A DNA stretch of 64,000 nucleotides from Candidatus Hydrogenedentota bacterium (GCA_963745075.1 CAVUWV010000013.1:64001-128000); one strand, 5' to 3'. Positions 19,396 through 29,748 are shown, counted from the first letter of the stretch. Notes: generated by a model not told the origin, from the letters alone. A program made the numbers and translations.

Positions 19396-20310
19396 ATGGA
19401 TACGGAGAAAGGGTTTACTCTCATTGAACTGCTGGTGGTAATTGCAATCATTGGAATCCTCGCGGCAATCTTGTTGCCCGCGTTGGCACGGGCCAGAGAA
19501 GCCGCACGGCGGGCAAGCTGTCAAAACAATCTGAAGCAGTGGGGCCTTGTTCTCAAAATGTTTTCCAACGAATCCGATGGGGAGCAATGGCCGGATAGCC
19601 AAGTTTGGGAAGAAACGCCCACGTACGAGGTGTGGCGTTTCGGGACCGGACCCAACGGTTGGGTGTTATATCCGGAGTATTTGACGGACTGGCAGATCGC
19701 CTTTTGTCCCTCCGACCCGGGGCGATGGCCGTGGGGACCCGATCAGAACCCGGAGAACGTCGACCCGATGGCGGACTGCATGAAACTCGAATCGGGGACG
19801 GGGTATCCCGAATTATTTTATCCCAAGGATGGTTCGGCCTGTGCGAACGGTCTGTTCCTAGATCTTGAGGGCGTCAGCTACGCCTACATGCCGAAATTGA
19901 TTCGTCCGGAGTGGACGGTAGACCCGGTTAATGTAGACGAATTGGCCACAGCGATTAACGACGCGCCGGCGAGCACATTGAATGCGGATATCGAAGTGAC
20001 GTTGACGAACTTTGGCGGCGTTACATTATCGCATCTCCGGGAAGGTATTGAACGGTATCTCATAACCGACATCAACAACCCGGCGGGGTCTGCAAAAGGG
20101 CAGAGCGAAGTTCCGGTCATGTGGGATTATGCGAGCGCATCGGATACCGGCGAAATCGACGAGACCGAATTCAACCACGTTCCCGGCGGCTCGAACATCC
20201 TGTATATGGACGGTCATGTTCAGTTCGCAAAGTACCCGACGGAAGACGGTTCGACGAAGTGGCCGCTAAGTAAGCCGATCGTTCTCGATTCCTGGTCTCC
20301 GGCCCATTAA
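19396..20310 (+). CDS. DUF1559 / prepilin-type N-methylation domain protein with H-X9-DG tail
   Basis: [69 protein letters not shown]. Confidence 0.92.
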   Translation: MDTEKGFTLIELLVVIAIIGILAAILLPALARAREAARRASCQNNLKQWGLVLKMFSNESDGEQWPDSQVWEETPTYEVWRFGTGPNGWVLYPEYLTDWQIAFCPSDPGRWPWGPDQNPENVDPMADCMKLESGTGYPELFYPKDGSACANGLFLDLEGVSYAYMPKLIRPEWTVDPVNVDELATAINDAPASTLNADIEVTLTNFGGVTLSHLREGIERYLITDINNPAGSAKGQSEVPVMWDYASASDTGEIDETEFNHVPGGSNILYMDGHVQFAKYPTEDGSTKWPLSKPIVLDSWSPAH

Positions 20311-20374
20311 GTTTCAGTTTCTGACCGAAACGGAACGACGACGAATTCGGTAGATCCGAGTGCATACCGGAATA

Positions 20375-20412
20375 CGCATTGACTCGCTGCGATTTCGCAG
20401 CGAGTCAATGCG
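20375..20412. terminator. Strong hairpin 3' of the second DUF1559 gene
   Basis: cgcattgactcgctgcg-attt-cgcagcgagtcaatgcg, perfect 17-bp stem. Confidence 0.6.
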
Positions 20413-20490
20413 GCGGAGAGCTGCTCGATTCGGCTTACGTTGAAGTTCGTCTTACCTGAAACATGATCTGAATGCTCCATTCCGAGGTTT

Positions 20491-22821
20491 ATGAGTTTGC
20501 AAATTCCTGTTCTCGGCAACCTTGTTCGCGGGTGCCGTACGAGTCATTCGCAAAGCAGAGCGGTGCTGACAGCGCTGGTGCTACTGATAACGCTGCCTTC
20601 GTGTGATTGCGCGACAAAAGAAGCCCCACGCGCGTACCTTCAGGAATCCGATTGGCCCGCACAGTTCTTCCGGCTTGACGCCAACGCCAGTGCGGCAACC
20701 TTTCATGGGCCCCAACTCGATCGCGCTTCCTTTTCTGGAATGAAACTTGAGTTTGAACCAACGGATGCCGTCTCGTGGACGCCGGAACCCCCATCGTCAC
20801 AGTTTCGTCTGCAAGATGGAAACCTGCAATTTGAAAGCGATGGCGCTGGTGCGATTACGACAACCGGCTCGCTCCACCTACCAGCGGCAAAGATCCGCGC
20901 GATTATACTGAGAGCGCGGGTGAAGCATGCGGAGCGGCTTTCCGTAGGATGGCGAACCGAAATGGCGCCGCAATTCTTGCCGGAAAATTCAACCGAACTT
21001 CCAATGACGGAGCCCGGCAGCTGGAAAACCTACGTGATTGTCCTCAGTCAAATTCCGGCATGGGAGAAGCATGGGGTCTATCTCGAAGGTCTGCGAATTC
21101 ACGCCAAGGAGTCGTCGTATGTGGAACTGGCGTTTTTGAAACTCGTTCCCGACGACCTCGAATCGACGAAGGAGCCGTTCGGCAGCGCGCGGCGTTCAAA
21201 GCAGAATGAGGATCGGCCGTGTATTTTCCTTAGAACTCCCGGCGAACTCATATTTCCGCTCAGACTTTTTCCGGTAGCTCGATTTTCCGCCGGTCTCAGC
21301 CTCGTCGATCCGGAACCGGCTGTCACCTGCAGCGTCATTGTGGAGAGCGGAAGTCAGACAAATACCGTATTCGAGACACGCTTGGAAACGTCCACAAATT
21401 GGCAGGACGTAAATTGTGATCTGAGGTCCGCGAACGAGGGTTCAGGAACGATCGTTCTGCGCGTCAATTCTCCAAACGGCGTCAACACGGTTCTCTGGAG
21501 CAACCCGATCGTGTACCAGCCCCTGGACCCTCGAAGGACCGGCGCACGCATCGAAGAGGTTCATCACAGCGGGAAATCGCTGCGGCCCAACATCGTCTGG
21601 TACGTGATCGATGCGTTGCGTCCTGACCATTTGGAGGCGTATGGCTATGACCGGGTGACCGCTCCGACGATTGCCCGTCTGGCCTCGGAAGGGCTGCTTT
21701 TTACGCGATGTTTCGCCCCGGGAACGTGGAGCCTGCCATCGGTGACGAGCATGCTGTCCGGCGCCAGCCCGCTCACGCACGGCGTCTGTCATGCGATATC
21801 GGAGTCGGTGCCGGACGATCTGCCTCTACTTGCCGAATCGCTTCGGGACGCGGGCTATGCAACGGCCAGCATCAGCGAAAACCCTCATGCAGCACCGAAG
21901 GCCGGTTTGGGTAGGGGCCTTAGCAGCGCCGAACAGAGTTACCGCCAAGTGGCATTGCGAGGGCAACGTCGCTTCGCGAAGGCCGTCGCATTGAGCGATG
22001 CCACGTTCGACGCCTCGGCCGATTTCGTGCGTAAAAACGCCGACCGCCCTTTCTTCCTCTTTGTACATACCGTGGAACCTCATGAGCCGTACGCCAGTCC
22101 GGCGATGTATCGGCAATTCTCCAAAGCGTCTCAGAATTCGGATACGCCGCGGATTGACAGTTATGACGACTGCATACGGTGGGCCGATGCAAACCTGAAC
22201 CGGTTCATAGCGATGCTGGGTGAACTGGGCGTTGACCAAAACACGTTATTGATCGTTTGTGCGGATCACGGTGAGGGCTTCACCGAACAGGAGGGGGGAA
22301 CCGGGCACTCCGGGAAACCGTACTTTGCCCGCATTCACGTCCCGCTGATTATCCACTGGCCCGGCAACGTCAAACCCGGAAGCGTCGTGGATTCGAACGT
22401 CCAGCTAATTGACCTTCCGGCCACATTACTCGACGTGATTGGGTGTTCTCGACCGCCGTCATTCGAAGGGGTGAGCCTTAAACCGCTGTTCGCCGGAGCG
22501 GAAGCCACTTTTCTTGAATCGCGTGGGAATTTCTCTATCGGCCATGACCCCGCGCAAATGGCGTGGGTTCACGGCGACCGACTGTACCTGAAGACGCCCG
22601 ACCAGCGGACACTCTTTAACCTGTCCGCGGATCCACACGCGCCAATGGAGGAAGGGCAGGAGGTAACTGAAGCGATGCGGCGCCTGGATGCGAATCTCAG
22701 AGACTACTTGGCGCATCATGCTGCGGCTTCCGATCGGGTGAAGCAGATCGGCACCGAAGACGAAGTCGTTGTGGACGCCGTAGAGCAAGATCGACTCCGG
22801 GCGCTGGGGTATGCGGGTTGA
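20491..22821 (+). CDS. Sulfatase-like hydrolase/transferase with large N-terminal accessory domains
   Basis: PNIVWYVIDALRPDHL, TWSLPSVTSMLSG, HTVEPHEPY, ADHGE, C-terminal LRALGY. Confidence 0.85.
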   Translation: MSLQIPVLGNLVRGCRTSHSQSRAVLTALVLLITLPSCDCATKEAPRAYLQESDWPAQFFRLDANASAATFHGPQLDRASFSGMKLEFEPTDAVSWTPEPPSSQFRLQDGNLQFESDGAGAITTTGSLHLPAAKIRAIILRARVKHAERLSVGWRTEMAPQFLPENSTELPMTEPGSWKTYVIVLSQIPAWEKHGVYLEGLRIHAKESSYVELAFLKLVPDDLESTKEPFGSARRSKQNEDRPCIFLRTPGELIFPLRLFPVARFSAGLSLVDPEPAVTCSVIVESGSQTNTVFETRLETSTNWQDVNCDLRSANEGSGTIVLRVNSPNGVNTVLWSNPIVYQPLDPRRTGARIEEVHHSGKSLRPNIVWYVIDALRPDHLEAYGYDRVTAPTIARLASEGLLFTRCFAPGTWSLPSVTSMLSGASPLTHGVCHAISESVPDDLPLLAESLRDAGYATASISENPHAAPKAGLGRGLSSAEQSYRQVALRGQRRFAKAVALSDATFDASADFVRKNADRPFFLFVHTVEPHEPYASPAMYRQFSKASQNSDTPRIDSYDDCIRWADANLNRFIAMLGELGVDQNTLLIVCADHGEGFTEQEGGTGHSGKPYFARIHVPLIIHWPGNVKPGSVVDSNVQLIDLPATLLDVIGCSRPPSFEGVSLKPLFAGAEATFLESRGNFSIGHDPAQMAWVHGDRLYLKTPDQRTLFNLSADPHAPMEEGQEVTEAMRRLDANLRDYLAHHAAASDRVKQIGTEDEVVVDAVEQDRLRALGYAG

Positions 22822-23070
22822 ATCAACTCCTCCCCGCTCTGGCTGGACCGAATGAACCTGCCGCGGAACGGGCATATGGAATAGGAAGCGTGCATTGATA
22901 TGGATAGCCGATGTCTTTGCCAACTGGAAGTGGCGGCCCCAGGGCGTGCATTCCGGCGATGCAAACGACGTGGCCACCTGGTCTTTGGTTACTTGCGGTG
23001 ATGTGGAAATCAGGGACATTAGTGAAATGAATTTCGTGCGTTTTTCCCCGAAAGTACGAGTGGCCTCAAA

Positions 23071-24549
23071 ATGACATCGAACGAACGGCCAACATCTCCA
23101 ATGCCGTTGTGGCGTTTCGGAACGACGGTTCGAACGGTCGGCATAATCTCCGGTGTCGCGATTGCGTTGATTCTTCTATTCGGTTCCGTGCGCACTATCC
23201 CGATCTACCGTGCAGTCGACGTTGGTGAACCTGCGGGAACCCTCCTGCCGCAGCGTAAACCTTCGGCTATCGTCATTTACGTGATCGATGCGCTCCGGCC
23301 GGACCACTTGGGTGTTTACGGGTACGGGCGCGATACCGCACCGGAAATCACGAAGCTGGCTCGTGACGGAGCGGTATTTACGCATTGCTTTTCGAACACC
23401 ACGTGGACGCTGGAATCCGTCCGTGGGCTGTTTGTCGGGATGCCCGGTGCTATGTATTCTCGATCGAGGCACAGTTGTGCAACCCCAGACTTCATTGACC
23501 TCCTTCCGGAGTATTTCGAGAAGGCCGGTTGGACTACGGGATTGGTCACGGAGAACGTGCACGTCACGGAAACATACGGCCTGGCGCAGGGGTTTGACTA
23601 CGTAGGGGATTCTTCGGAATACCTCGGGACTTCAGAGAACATTGCCGACAACGTGCTGAAGATGGCCGATGCCACGGAGGGCTCGCTGCGGTCATTTGTC
23701 CGACAGAACCGCGAGCACCATTTCTTCTTGTACGTGCACACCATGGAAACCCACGGACCGCTCGTCATTCCGGAATCGATAGAAACGTTCTATCCCGCCG
23801 GTTCAACTCCGCAGGAGAATCTTGTCGATTGGTACGACACCGCCGTTCGATGGGCGGATCAGCGTCTTGGTACGTTCGTCGAGCTACTGAAGGACGAAGG
23901 CATCTTCGAAAATACGTTGTTGATAGTGACCGCCGACCACGGCGAATCATTGGTACCGGGCAAAGCCAGCGGCACCCATCGGGGCCCACCCCTTTTTGAG
24001 CGGGTGCACATTCCTCTCATCGTCTCCTGGCCGAATCGTATCGATTCCAAATCAGTCTTTTCCCAGAACGTGCAATTCATGGACATCGGACCAACGGTTC
24101 TCGAGGCTGTCGGGATACCACGCGCGAAGCAGTTTCAGGCACACAGTCTTGTGCACCTTTTAACGCAAGGTCTGGATGAGTCGCTCGCCGGTCGGCCAAT
24201 ATTTACGGTCGGGCAGTACATGAACGGATGGGGCGTCCTGCAAGACGATTCGTATTTGTATTCCGTGAAGGGATCCAGGCGTTTGATTAATGTGAACGAG
24301 AATTCGACGGTCGATGACCAGACGGGCGGGAATGAAGCGGTGGTGCGGGAACTGAGCGGAATCGCTAACGACTACTTCTCGGCGCAGCGCCGGCACTACG
24401 TGGATTTCGAGTCTTCCCGGAATCGATCGCTGCTCGGTTCACTGGGATCCGCTTTCGGATGGGGATCGACCGGCTCCGAAGCGGAGAAGGCACCGGAATT
24501 GAGTAAAGAGCAGGTCCGGGCGCTCAAAGCGCTTGGGTACCTTGACTGA
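23071..24549 (+). CDS. Membrane-anchored sulfatase-like hydrolase/transferase
   Basis: N-terminal TM, YVIDALRPDHL, TWTLESV, HTMETHGP, TADHGE, LKALGYL. Confidence 0.85.
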   Translation: MTSNERPTSPMPLWRFGTTVRTVGIISGVAIALILLFGSVRTIPIYRAVDVGEPAGTLLPQRKPSAIVIYVIDALRPDHLGVYGYGRDTAPEITKLARDGAVFTHCFSNTTWTLESVRGLFVGMPGAMYSRSRHSCATPDFIDLLPEYFEKAGWTTGLVTENVHVTETYGLAQGFDYVGDSSEYLGTSENIADNVLKMADATEGSLRSFVRQNREHHFFLYVHTMETHGPLVIPESIETFYPAGSTPQENLVDWYDTAVRWADQRLGTFVELLKDEGIFENTLLIVTADHGESLVPGKASGTHRGPPLFERVHIPLIVSWPNRIDSKSVFSQNVQFMDIGPTVLEAVGIPRAKQFQAHSLVHLLTQGLDESLAGRPIFTVGQYMNGWGVLQDDSYLYSVKGSRRLINVNENSTVDDQTGGNEAVVRELSGIANDYFSAQRRHYVDFESSRNRSLLGSLGSAFGWGSTGSEAEKAPELSKEQVRALKALGYLD

Positions 24550-24647
24550 ATGGGAACAAGCCATGGGCGGATGGAGTCTAAAACGAGGTTATTGGTGTGC
24601 CGTGGATACGGCTTACCTTTGCAGTAAAACGGGAGAGGGAATTGAGA

Positions 24648-26138
24648 ATGAATAAGACTTGTCTGTCGTGCGTCGCTACCGTTTGTATCACAGCTTTCCT
24701 TATGGCGCCTTCGGCCTCGCCGGAGGATCTTCCGGCGCTTACCGTTCGCGGCAAGAATATCGTGGATGCCCATGGAACTGTCGTATCCATGCGCGGCATC
24801 AATTTCGGGGGGTGGCTGATGATGGAAACCTGGATTCCAAGTATCGAAATGGAATGGCACGACCGTCTGCCGAAAATGGCGGAGGAAGCGGGTATTCTCG
24901 AGGAACTGGAAGAATCCCTCGAAGCGGTCGGCGAGTTCAACGATGACGAACAGAGCGTGCACGACTACATCAAAAACCTTCATACGGACCTCCGAGACCG
25001 CGTTTCGGGAGACCAGTACGCCAAATACATCGCACTCTTCGAAGAGGAACCCCCCGTGTACGCGGCAAATGAAATGGACGCAATACTTCGCGAACGTTTC
25101 GGTGACTTTGGGGCGGCTCGCTTTTGGAACGCATACCACGACACGTGGATTACGGAAGCAGACTTCCAGATCGCCAAAGCCGTGGGCTTCAATTTTGTAC
25201 GCATCCCATTCTGGTATCGGTGGTTTGAGAGCGACGATAATCCATACGTTTACAACGAGTATGGTTTCCACTACCTCGACAACGCTATCGCTTGGGCCAA
25301 GGACCATGGCCTCTATGTCATGCTCGACTTTCATGGAGCCGTCGGCGGGCAGAGCCCTTGGGACCATACGGGTGAATTGAGTCGCGCCGAGTTTTTCAAA
25401 AACAGTGAATTCCAGAAGCGGACGGCAGCGCTGTGGAAAGCCATTGCCGCGCGCTATGCCCACGAATCCACGGTTTGGGCCTACGATGCCCTGAACGAGC
25501 CGTTCAGCGCGAAAGGCCTCAAAGACTGGTCTGAAGCACACGACCGAATCTACGACGCGATTCGGGAAGTAGATTCCGACACGATTATCGTCATGGAAGA
25601 TGGCTACAAACTCGAATTCGAAGCGTGGATGCACACCGGCTTCTTCCCCAAACCCGAGGATATGGGGTGGAAGAATGTCGTCTACTCGTTCCACTTCTAT
25701 TCCGGCGCGGACCCGCTATTTGCCGACGAGGAAGGTCTTGCCGATCATGCGAAGCGGGCTGAAGAGGTCAAGCGAGTTGGGACCATGGAACAAGAGCGGT
25801 GCGGCGTTCCGATCTACATCGGTGAATTCAGCACGATGGGTGACACCCCCAACGATATTGAAGGCATGCAGTTGTTTTTGACCATGTTCAATAAGTTGGG
25901 GTGGCACTGGTCTCCGTGGACTTGGAAATACGTGGACGACGACAACGAAGGAACCATCTGGGGCCTATATCAGTACGCCCACCCCTGGCCTCGGACGCCC
26001 AACATTCATCGGGATTCATTGGAATCACTCCTTGAAGTCGTGGACCGCTACAAGTTAGAGGACTTTAAGATTATGGAGCCGTACGGCGTGGTCCTACGCG
26101 AGTGCCTGAACCAACCGGTTGCAGACGCCGGCAATTGA
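24648..26138 (+). CDS. Secreted GH5 glycoside hydrolase
   Basis: Signal peptide, RGINFGGWLMME, FNFVRIPF, MLDFHG, ALNEP (acid/base), SFHFY, YIGEF (nucleophile). Confidence 0.9.
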   Translation: MNKTCLSCVATVCITAFLMAPSASPEDLPALTVRGKNIVDAHGTVVSMRGINFGGWLMMETWIPSIEMEWHDRLPKMAEEAGILEELEESLEAVGEFNDDEQSVHDYIKNLHTDLRDRVSGDQYAKYIALFEEEPPVYAANEMDAILRERFGDFGAARFWNAYHDTWITEADFQIAKAVGFNFVRIPFWYRWFESDDNPYVYNEYGFHYLDNAIAWAKDHGLYVMLDFHGAVGGQSPWDHTGELSRAEFFKNSEFQKRTAALWKAIAARYAHESTVWAYDALNEPFSAKGLKDWSEAHDRIYDAIREVDSDTIIVMEDGYKLEFEAWMHTGFFPKPEDMGWKNVVYSFHFYSGADPLFADEEGLADHAKRAEEVKRVGTMEQERCGVPIYIGEFSTMGDTPNDIEGMQLFLTMFNKLGWHWSPWTWKYVDDDNEGTIWGLYQYAHPWPRTPNIHRDSLESLLEVVDRYKLEDFKIMEPYGVVLRECLNQPVADAGN

Positions 26139-26651
26139 TTCAGGGTCGGCAAGGGTACCCGGAGTCTGACGACTGCGTAGTAAATGGGGCAGGCTTCACT
26201 ACCGTCACGATCGGGGTTGGAATCATGATCGTGGTGGAAGCGTTCCGGGGCCGAACGAGCCGCTCGATAAAACTCAGCATGTCGTGAAAGGTTGGTCGCA
26301 AAAATCCCCCACGTTGCCGAAACTTCAGTCGGCCTATCCCTCCATGGCGAGATTTCGGCAACCCGGGTCGCCCTGGGTCCTGGCAAGAAAGCAGCGCAAA
26401 TACGTTCACTCAGGCTGGTACATAAACTGGGGGCAGGTCAGGTGAGCGCGATGAGGTATGCGAAAGAGGGGGGGCGACCTCGACACGAAGTCCCAACCTG
26501 CTGCAATTCTCTATCGAAGAGGTATCGGCGCCTGCATTTTGACCACCATTACGTGAACGGTTCAAACCGGATTTCGATGCTTCTTGGAGCCGGCTTGATA
26601 CCGGACGGAGTATTCGAGGTGGGACTTGATGCTGCCTTGAATTCGAAAGGT

Positions 26652-26694
26652 AAGAAAATAGGCCAAGAGCCCGAAAAATGTGTGCTCTTGGCCT
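26652..26694 (-). terminator. Intrinsic terminator downstream of tRNA-Asp
   Basis: aggccaagagc...gctcttggcct, an 11-bp stem followed on the minus strand by ATTTTCTT. Confidence 0.65.
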
Positions 26695-26707
26695 TTAATC
26701 ATTTACA

Positions 26708-26784
26708 TGGCGGGGACGACGAGACTCGAACTCGCGACCTCTGCCGTGACAGGGCAGCGTTCTAACCAACTGAACTACGCCCCC
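26708..26784 (-). tRNA. tRNA-Asp (GTC)
   Basis: Reverse complement GGGGGCGTAGTTCAGTTGGTTAGAACGCTGCCCTGTCACGGCAGAGGTCGCGAGTTCGAGTCTCGTCGTCCCCGCCA: 77-nt cloverleaf, GTC anticodon, encoded CCA. Confidence 0.97.
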
Positions 26785-27325
26785 GCGTATCTTGGCGTTG
26801 CCGGAGACCAAATCCGGGTCCAGCAACGAGGCGAAACTATAGCATTCGCAGATCGGCCTTGTCAATTTGTGGGTGTTGTCTTTCACGGGTGTGAGGTGAC
26901 ACCGGGCCGTAAATCCAAAGCATTCGTTCGCGGTTCCCAAAAACGATGCGTACCGTGACGTGCCGCAGGGCCGTTTGCGCTTGAACCGGAAGTCGTAGGC
27001 CGGGGACCACCGTGCAAACGGCCACACCTACGGTGCGATCGCGCGTGGGCCTCGCGCCCGGAACTTGTCACGCGGAGTTGGGTCGCCGTGCTTGATTTTG
27101 GATCCAGCGATGGCGCGTATTTCGACGGTGGGACGAGGAATTCCACTCCAGTTTGTCCAACTGTTTCCGGGAGATCGAATGATCGAAATTTTGTTCTAAA
27201 AGACGATTGTATGTAGTCATACCGTGTACGTCTTGGCATCTTTACCGGATATCATATCACGGCTTAATCGAATTCTTGTTTCCGTAATTAACGTAGGTAT
27301 AACTCGTATTATTTAGTTATAGCGC

Positions 27326-27366
27326 AATAACATGTTATTTTATAACATGTTACAGCCATGTAACAT
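27326..27366. promoter_or_regulatory. Triple TAACAT/ATGTTA palindromic operator array in an AT-rich promoter region
   Basis: AATAACATGTTATT (27326-27339), TAACATGTTA (27343-27352), ATGTAACAT (27358-27366). Confidence 0.6.
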
Positions 27367-27445
27367 CTACTCGGCCTCGTTGTAGTATTTCCCGGGACCC
27401 AAGCGGCAAGGCTGGAATCTGTTCCGGTCAAGAAAAGGAGGATGT

Positions 27446-27568
27446 ATGGATATCACTGCCCTGTTGGAACAAATCTTCGCGTTCATCTTGCAGCTTCTCG
27501 AACTCGTCTTTAATTTTGCCGGTGGTTCAAGCGGCAATGAAAACGAGGATGAGAGCAGCGACAGTTAG
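27446..27568 (+). CDS. Unannotated 40-aa small protein (amphipathic helix + acidic tail)
   Basis: AAGGAGG RBS, then MDITALLEQIFAFILQLLELVFNFAGGSSGNENEDESSDS*, then a strong hairpin. Confidence 0.7.
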   Translation: MDITALLEQIFAFILQLLELVFNFAGGSSGNENEDESSDS

Positions 27569-27600
27569 TGCTCCGTTTGGCAGTAGCCGGTTTCGAATTT

Positions 27601-27641
27601 GAGGGAGCCTTTTCCATGCTGGAAAAGGCTCCCTCTATTCT
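27601..27641 (+). terminator. Terminator-like hairpin after the small ORF
   Basis: gagggagccttttcca-tgc-tggaaaaggctccctc, 16-bp stem, followed by tattct. Confidence 0.7.
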
Positions 27642-27727
27642 CGTTGGCCGTATCGCGCCCGGAATTTGCGCCTGCCTTCGCTCCTCGGCTATGGTTTCGC
27701 CGGTGACTGGGTCAGGAAGCACGAAAA

Positions 27728-28684
27728 ATGCAGTACACGACCGACACGAATTATGGGTACTTCAAGCGGCGCGGTGTCGTCTACGCCCACGCGGACGGGC
27801 GACCCATGAAGATGACGCTCTACATTCCGGAAGACGGCGAGCGCCGGCAACGGCCTGGAATGGTTCTGATTCACGGGGGAGCGTGGATTCTGGGAACGCG
27901 GTACCAGCAGGCTTGGTACTGTCGGCAGTTCGCCCGCGCTGGATTTGTCGTCATGACCATCGACTACCGTCTGATGCCGCGCTTCGCTTTTCCCAAGTGT
28001 TTATACGACAGCAAGGCGGCCGTGCGGTGGCTGCGATTGAACGCGGAGGAGCTTCGCATCGATCCCGACCGCATCGTGACGTTCGGCGCTTCGGCAGGGG
28101 GGCATTTGGCCGCATTGTTGGCTACGACCGCGCCTGAGGACGGTTTGGAAGGGTCCGAGAATGCGGGGCCATCGTCATCCGTTCGCGCGGCCATAAGCCT
28201 TTATGGCGCCGTCGATCTCACCTGCTACCGCGACCACCCGTTGCACGGGCCCCTCAGCGGGATAGCGCGCAAGCTGATGTTGGATTTTATCGGACGCGAG
28301 AACGTGGCGCCTGCCGGTACGACCTGGGAAGCCGCTTCTCCCATAACCTACGCGCGACCGGATACCGCGCCGATCATGTTCGTCCACGGAAAGACGGACA
28401 AGTTGGTCCATTTTGAACAATCCCGCCGGTTTTACGAGCGATTGCGTGAAATGGGAGTCCCCACACGCCTAATAGCGCTTCCCCGTCGTGGCCACGGATT
28501 TGACTACGTTCACGTCCGCCAGCGTCGGGCAATCTTCGATGACATGCTCGTATTTCTTCGCGAGCATATGGAACATTCGAGCGCGGACGCGGGGACACCG
28601 CGCGACGACCAGGCATTGGCGGCAGTACCCCGTGACGGTCGTGATCCGCAGGAGTCGCAAGGAGGGGAGCGTGGCGCCGTTTGA
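27728..28684 (+). CDS. Alpha/beta hydrolase (HSL/BD-FAE-like esterase)
   Basis: LIHGGAW oxyanion loop, GASAGG nucleophile elbow, VHGKTD, GHG. Confidence 0.9.
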   Translation: MQYTTDTNYGYFKRRGVVYAHADGRPMKMTLYIPEDGERRQRPGMVLIHGGAWILGTRYQQAWYCRQFARAGFVVMTIDYRLMPRFAFPKCLYDSKAAVRWLRLNAEELRIDPDRIVTFGASAGGHLAALLATTAPEDGLEGSENAGPSSSVRAAISLYGAVDLTCYRDHPLHGPLSGIARKLMLDFIGRENVAPAGTTWEAASPITYARPDTAPIMFVHGKTDKLVHFEQSRRFYERLREMGVPTRLIALPRRGHGFDYVHVRQRRAIFDDMLVFLREHMEHSSADAGTPRDDQALAAVPRDGRDPQESQGGERGAV

Positions 28685-29456
28685 TTTGTGGGTGGATTAC
28701 TACGACGTTTTGCAGAAAGGTATTGAGGGGGACGTAGAATTCTACGTGGCCCAGGCGCTACGGGCGGACGGGCGGACGCTCGAACTTGGCTGCGGCACGG
28801 GACGCATCTGCATTCCCATGGCCATGTCGGGTGTGGACGTTGTAGGGTTGGACCATTCCCCGGCCATGCTCCAACGATGCCGAGAAAAGTACGATGCGGC
28901 GGGTCCCACGACCGGACACTTGGAATTGGTTGAAGCGGATATGGGCGACTTCTCGCTCGATCGGAAATTCGCTTTCATCGCGATGCCGTACCGCACCTTC
29001 ATGCACTTGTTGGAACCTGTCGAGCAACAGGAATGTCTTCGCGCCGTCCGCCGCCACCTGGCTCCCGGCGGACTATTCGTCCTCAATACCTGGGCGGCCC
29101 GGCCTTCCACTATCGCACCGCACCTTGGTCCCCAAAAAGGCATGTTGCGGCTCGTGGACAAGTACCGGGACCCGGCAGAGGGGAACGGATTGTTGCACTA
29201 TTGCGCATCGACCTACGACGAATGGAGCCAGTTGTTTCGCGAAGACCACATCTTTCACGAAATGGACCCGATGGGGGCCATACTTCGGATGACTTCGCTC
29301 GAAATGGTGCGTGCCTGGACCACACCCCGCGAGATGGAATTCCTCGTTCAGCTTTGCGGCTTTGAAGTCGACGCCGTATTCGGAGACTTCTCGTGCGCAC
29401 CTTTCACCCGCGGCAGCACGGAAATGATCTGGGCGCTACGTGCATCCGAAGGATAA
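28671..29456 (+). CDS. Class I SAM-dependent methyltransferase
   Basis: LELGCGTGR motif I, VGLDHS, EADM. GTG start after a GGAGG RBS. Confidence 0.88.
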   Translation: MAPFDLWVDYYDVLQKGIEGDVEFYVAQALRADGRTLELGCGTGRICIPMAMSGVDVVGLDHSPAMLQRCREKYDAAGPTTGHLELVEADMGDFSLDRKFAFIAMPYRTFMHLLEPVEQQECLRAVRRHLAPGGLFVLNTWAARPSTIAPHLGPQKGMLRLVDKYRDPAEGNGLLHYCASTYDEWSQLFREDHIFHEMDPMGAILRMTSLEMVRAWTTPREMEFLVQLCGFEVDAVFGDFSCAPFTRGSTEMIWALRASEG

Positions 29457-29478
29457 CCGGCGTAGGCACGACCCGGCG

Positions 29479-29748
29479 TTACCAAATCTCGAAGTCGTGG
29501 TAACCGGCCCCTTCTTCGAGCCATTCCTCGACCACGCCATCCACTCTGGCGAAGGCCGGTCCTTCGTTGCACCACGCCAGCATGGCTTCGAGTGAAGTGC
29601 GCGGACCCTCGAACTCCGCCTCGACCGAACCGTCCACCCGGTTCCGAACCCAGCCGGTCAACTCCAACGACTGGGCCTGCCGGTAGGTGGCGAAGCGAAA
29701 CCCCACGCCCTGCACGCGCCCGCCGATCTGAACGCGGAGCCGCGGCAT
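29479..29748 (-). CDS. acyP: Acylphosphatase
   Basis: GRVQGVGFR, GWVRNRVDGSVE, GPAFARV. ATG overlaps the upstream TGA. Confidence 0.93.
   Translation of the reverse strand: MPRLRVQIGGRVQGVGFRFATYRQAQSLELTGWVRNRVDGSVEAEFEGPRTSLEAMLAWCNEGPAFARVDGVVEEWLEEGAGYHDFEIW

Noticed and set aside
26140..26700. Integrase remnant or small ORFs downstream of tRNA-Asp
   Set aside because: No tyrosine- or serine-recombinase motifs and no convincing RBS were found.
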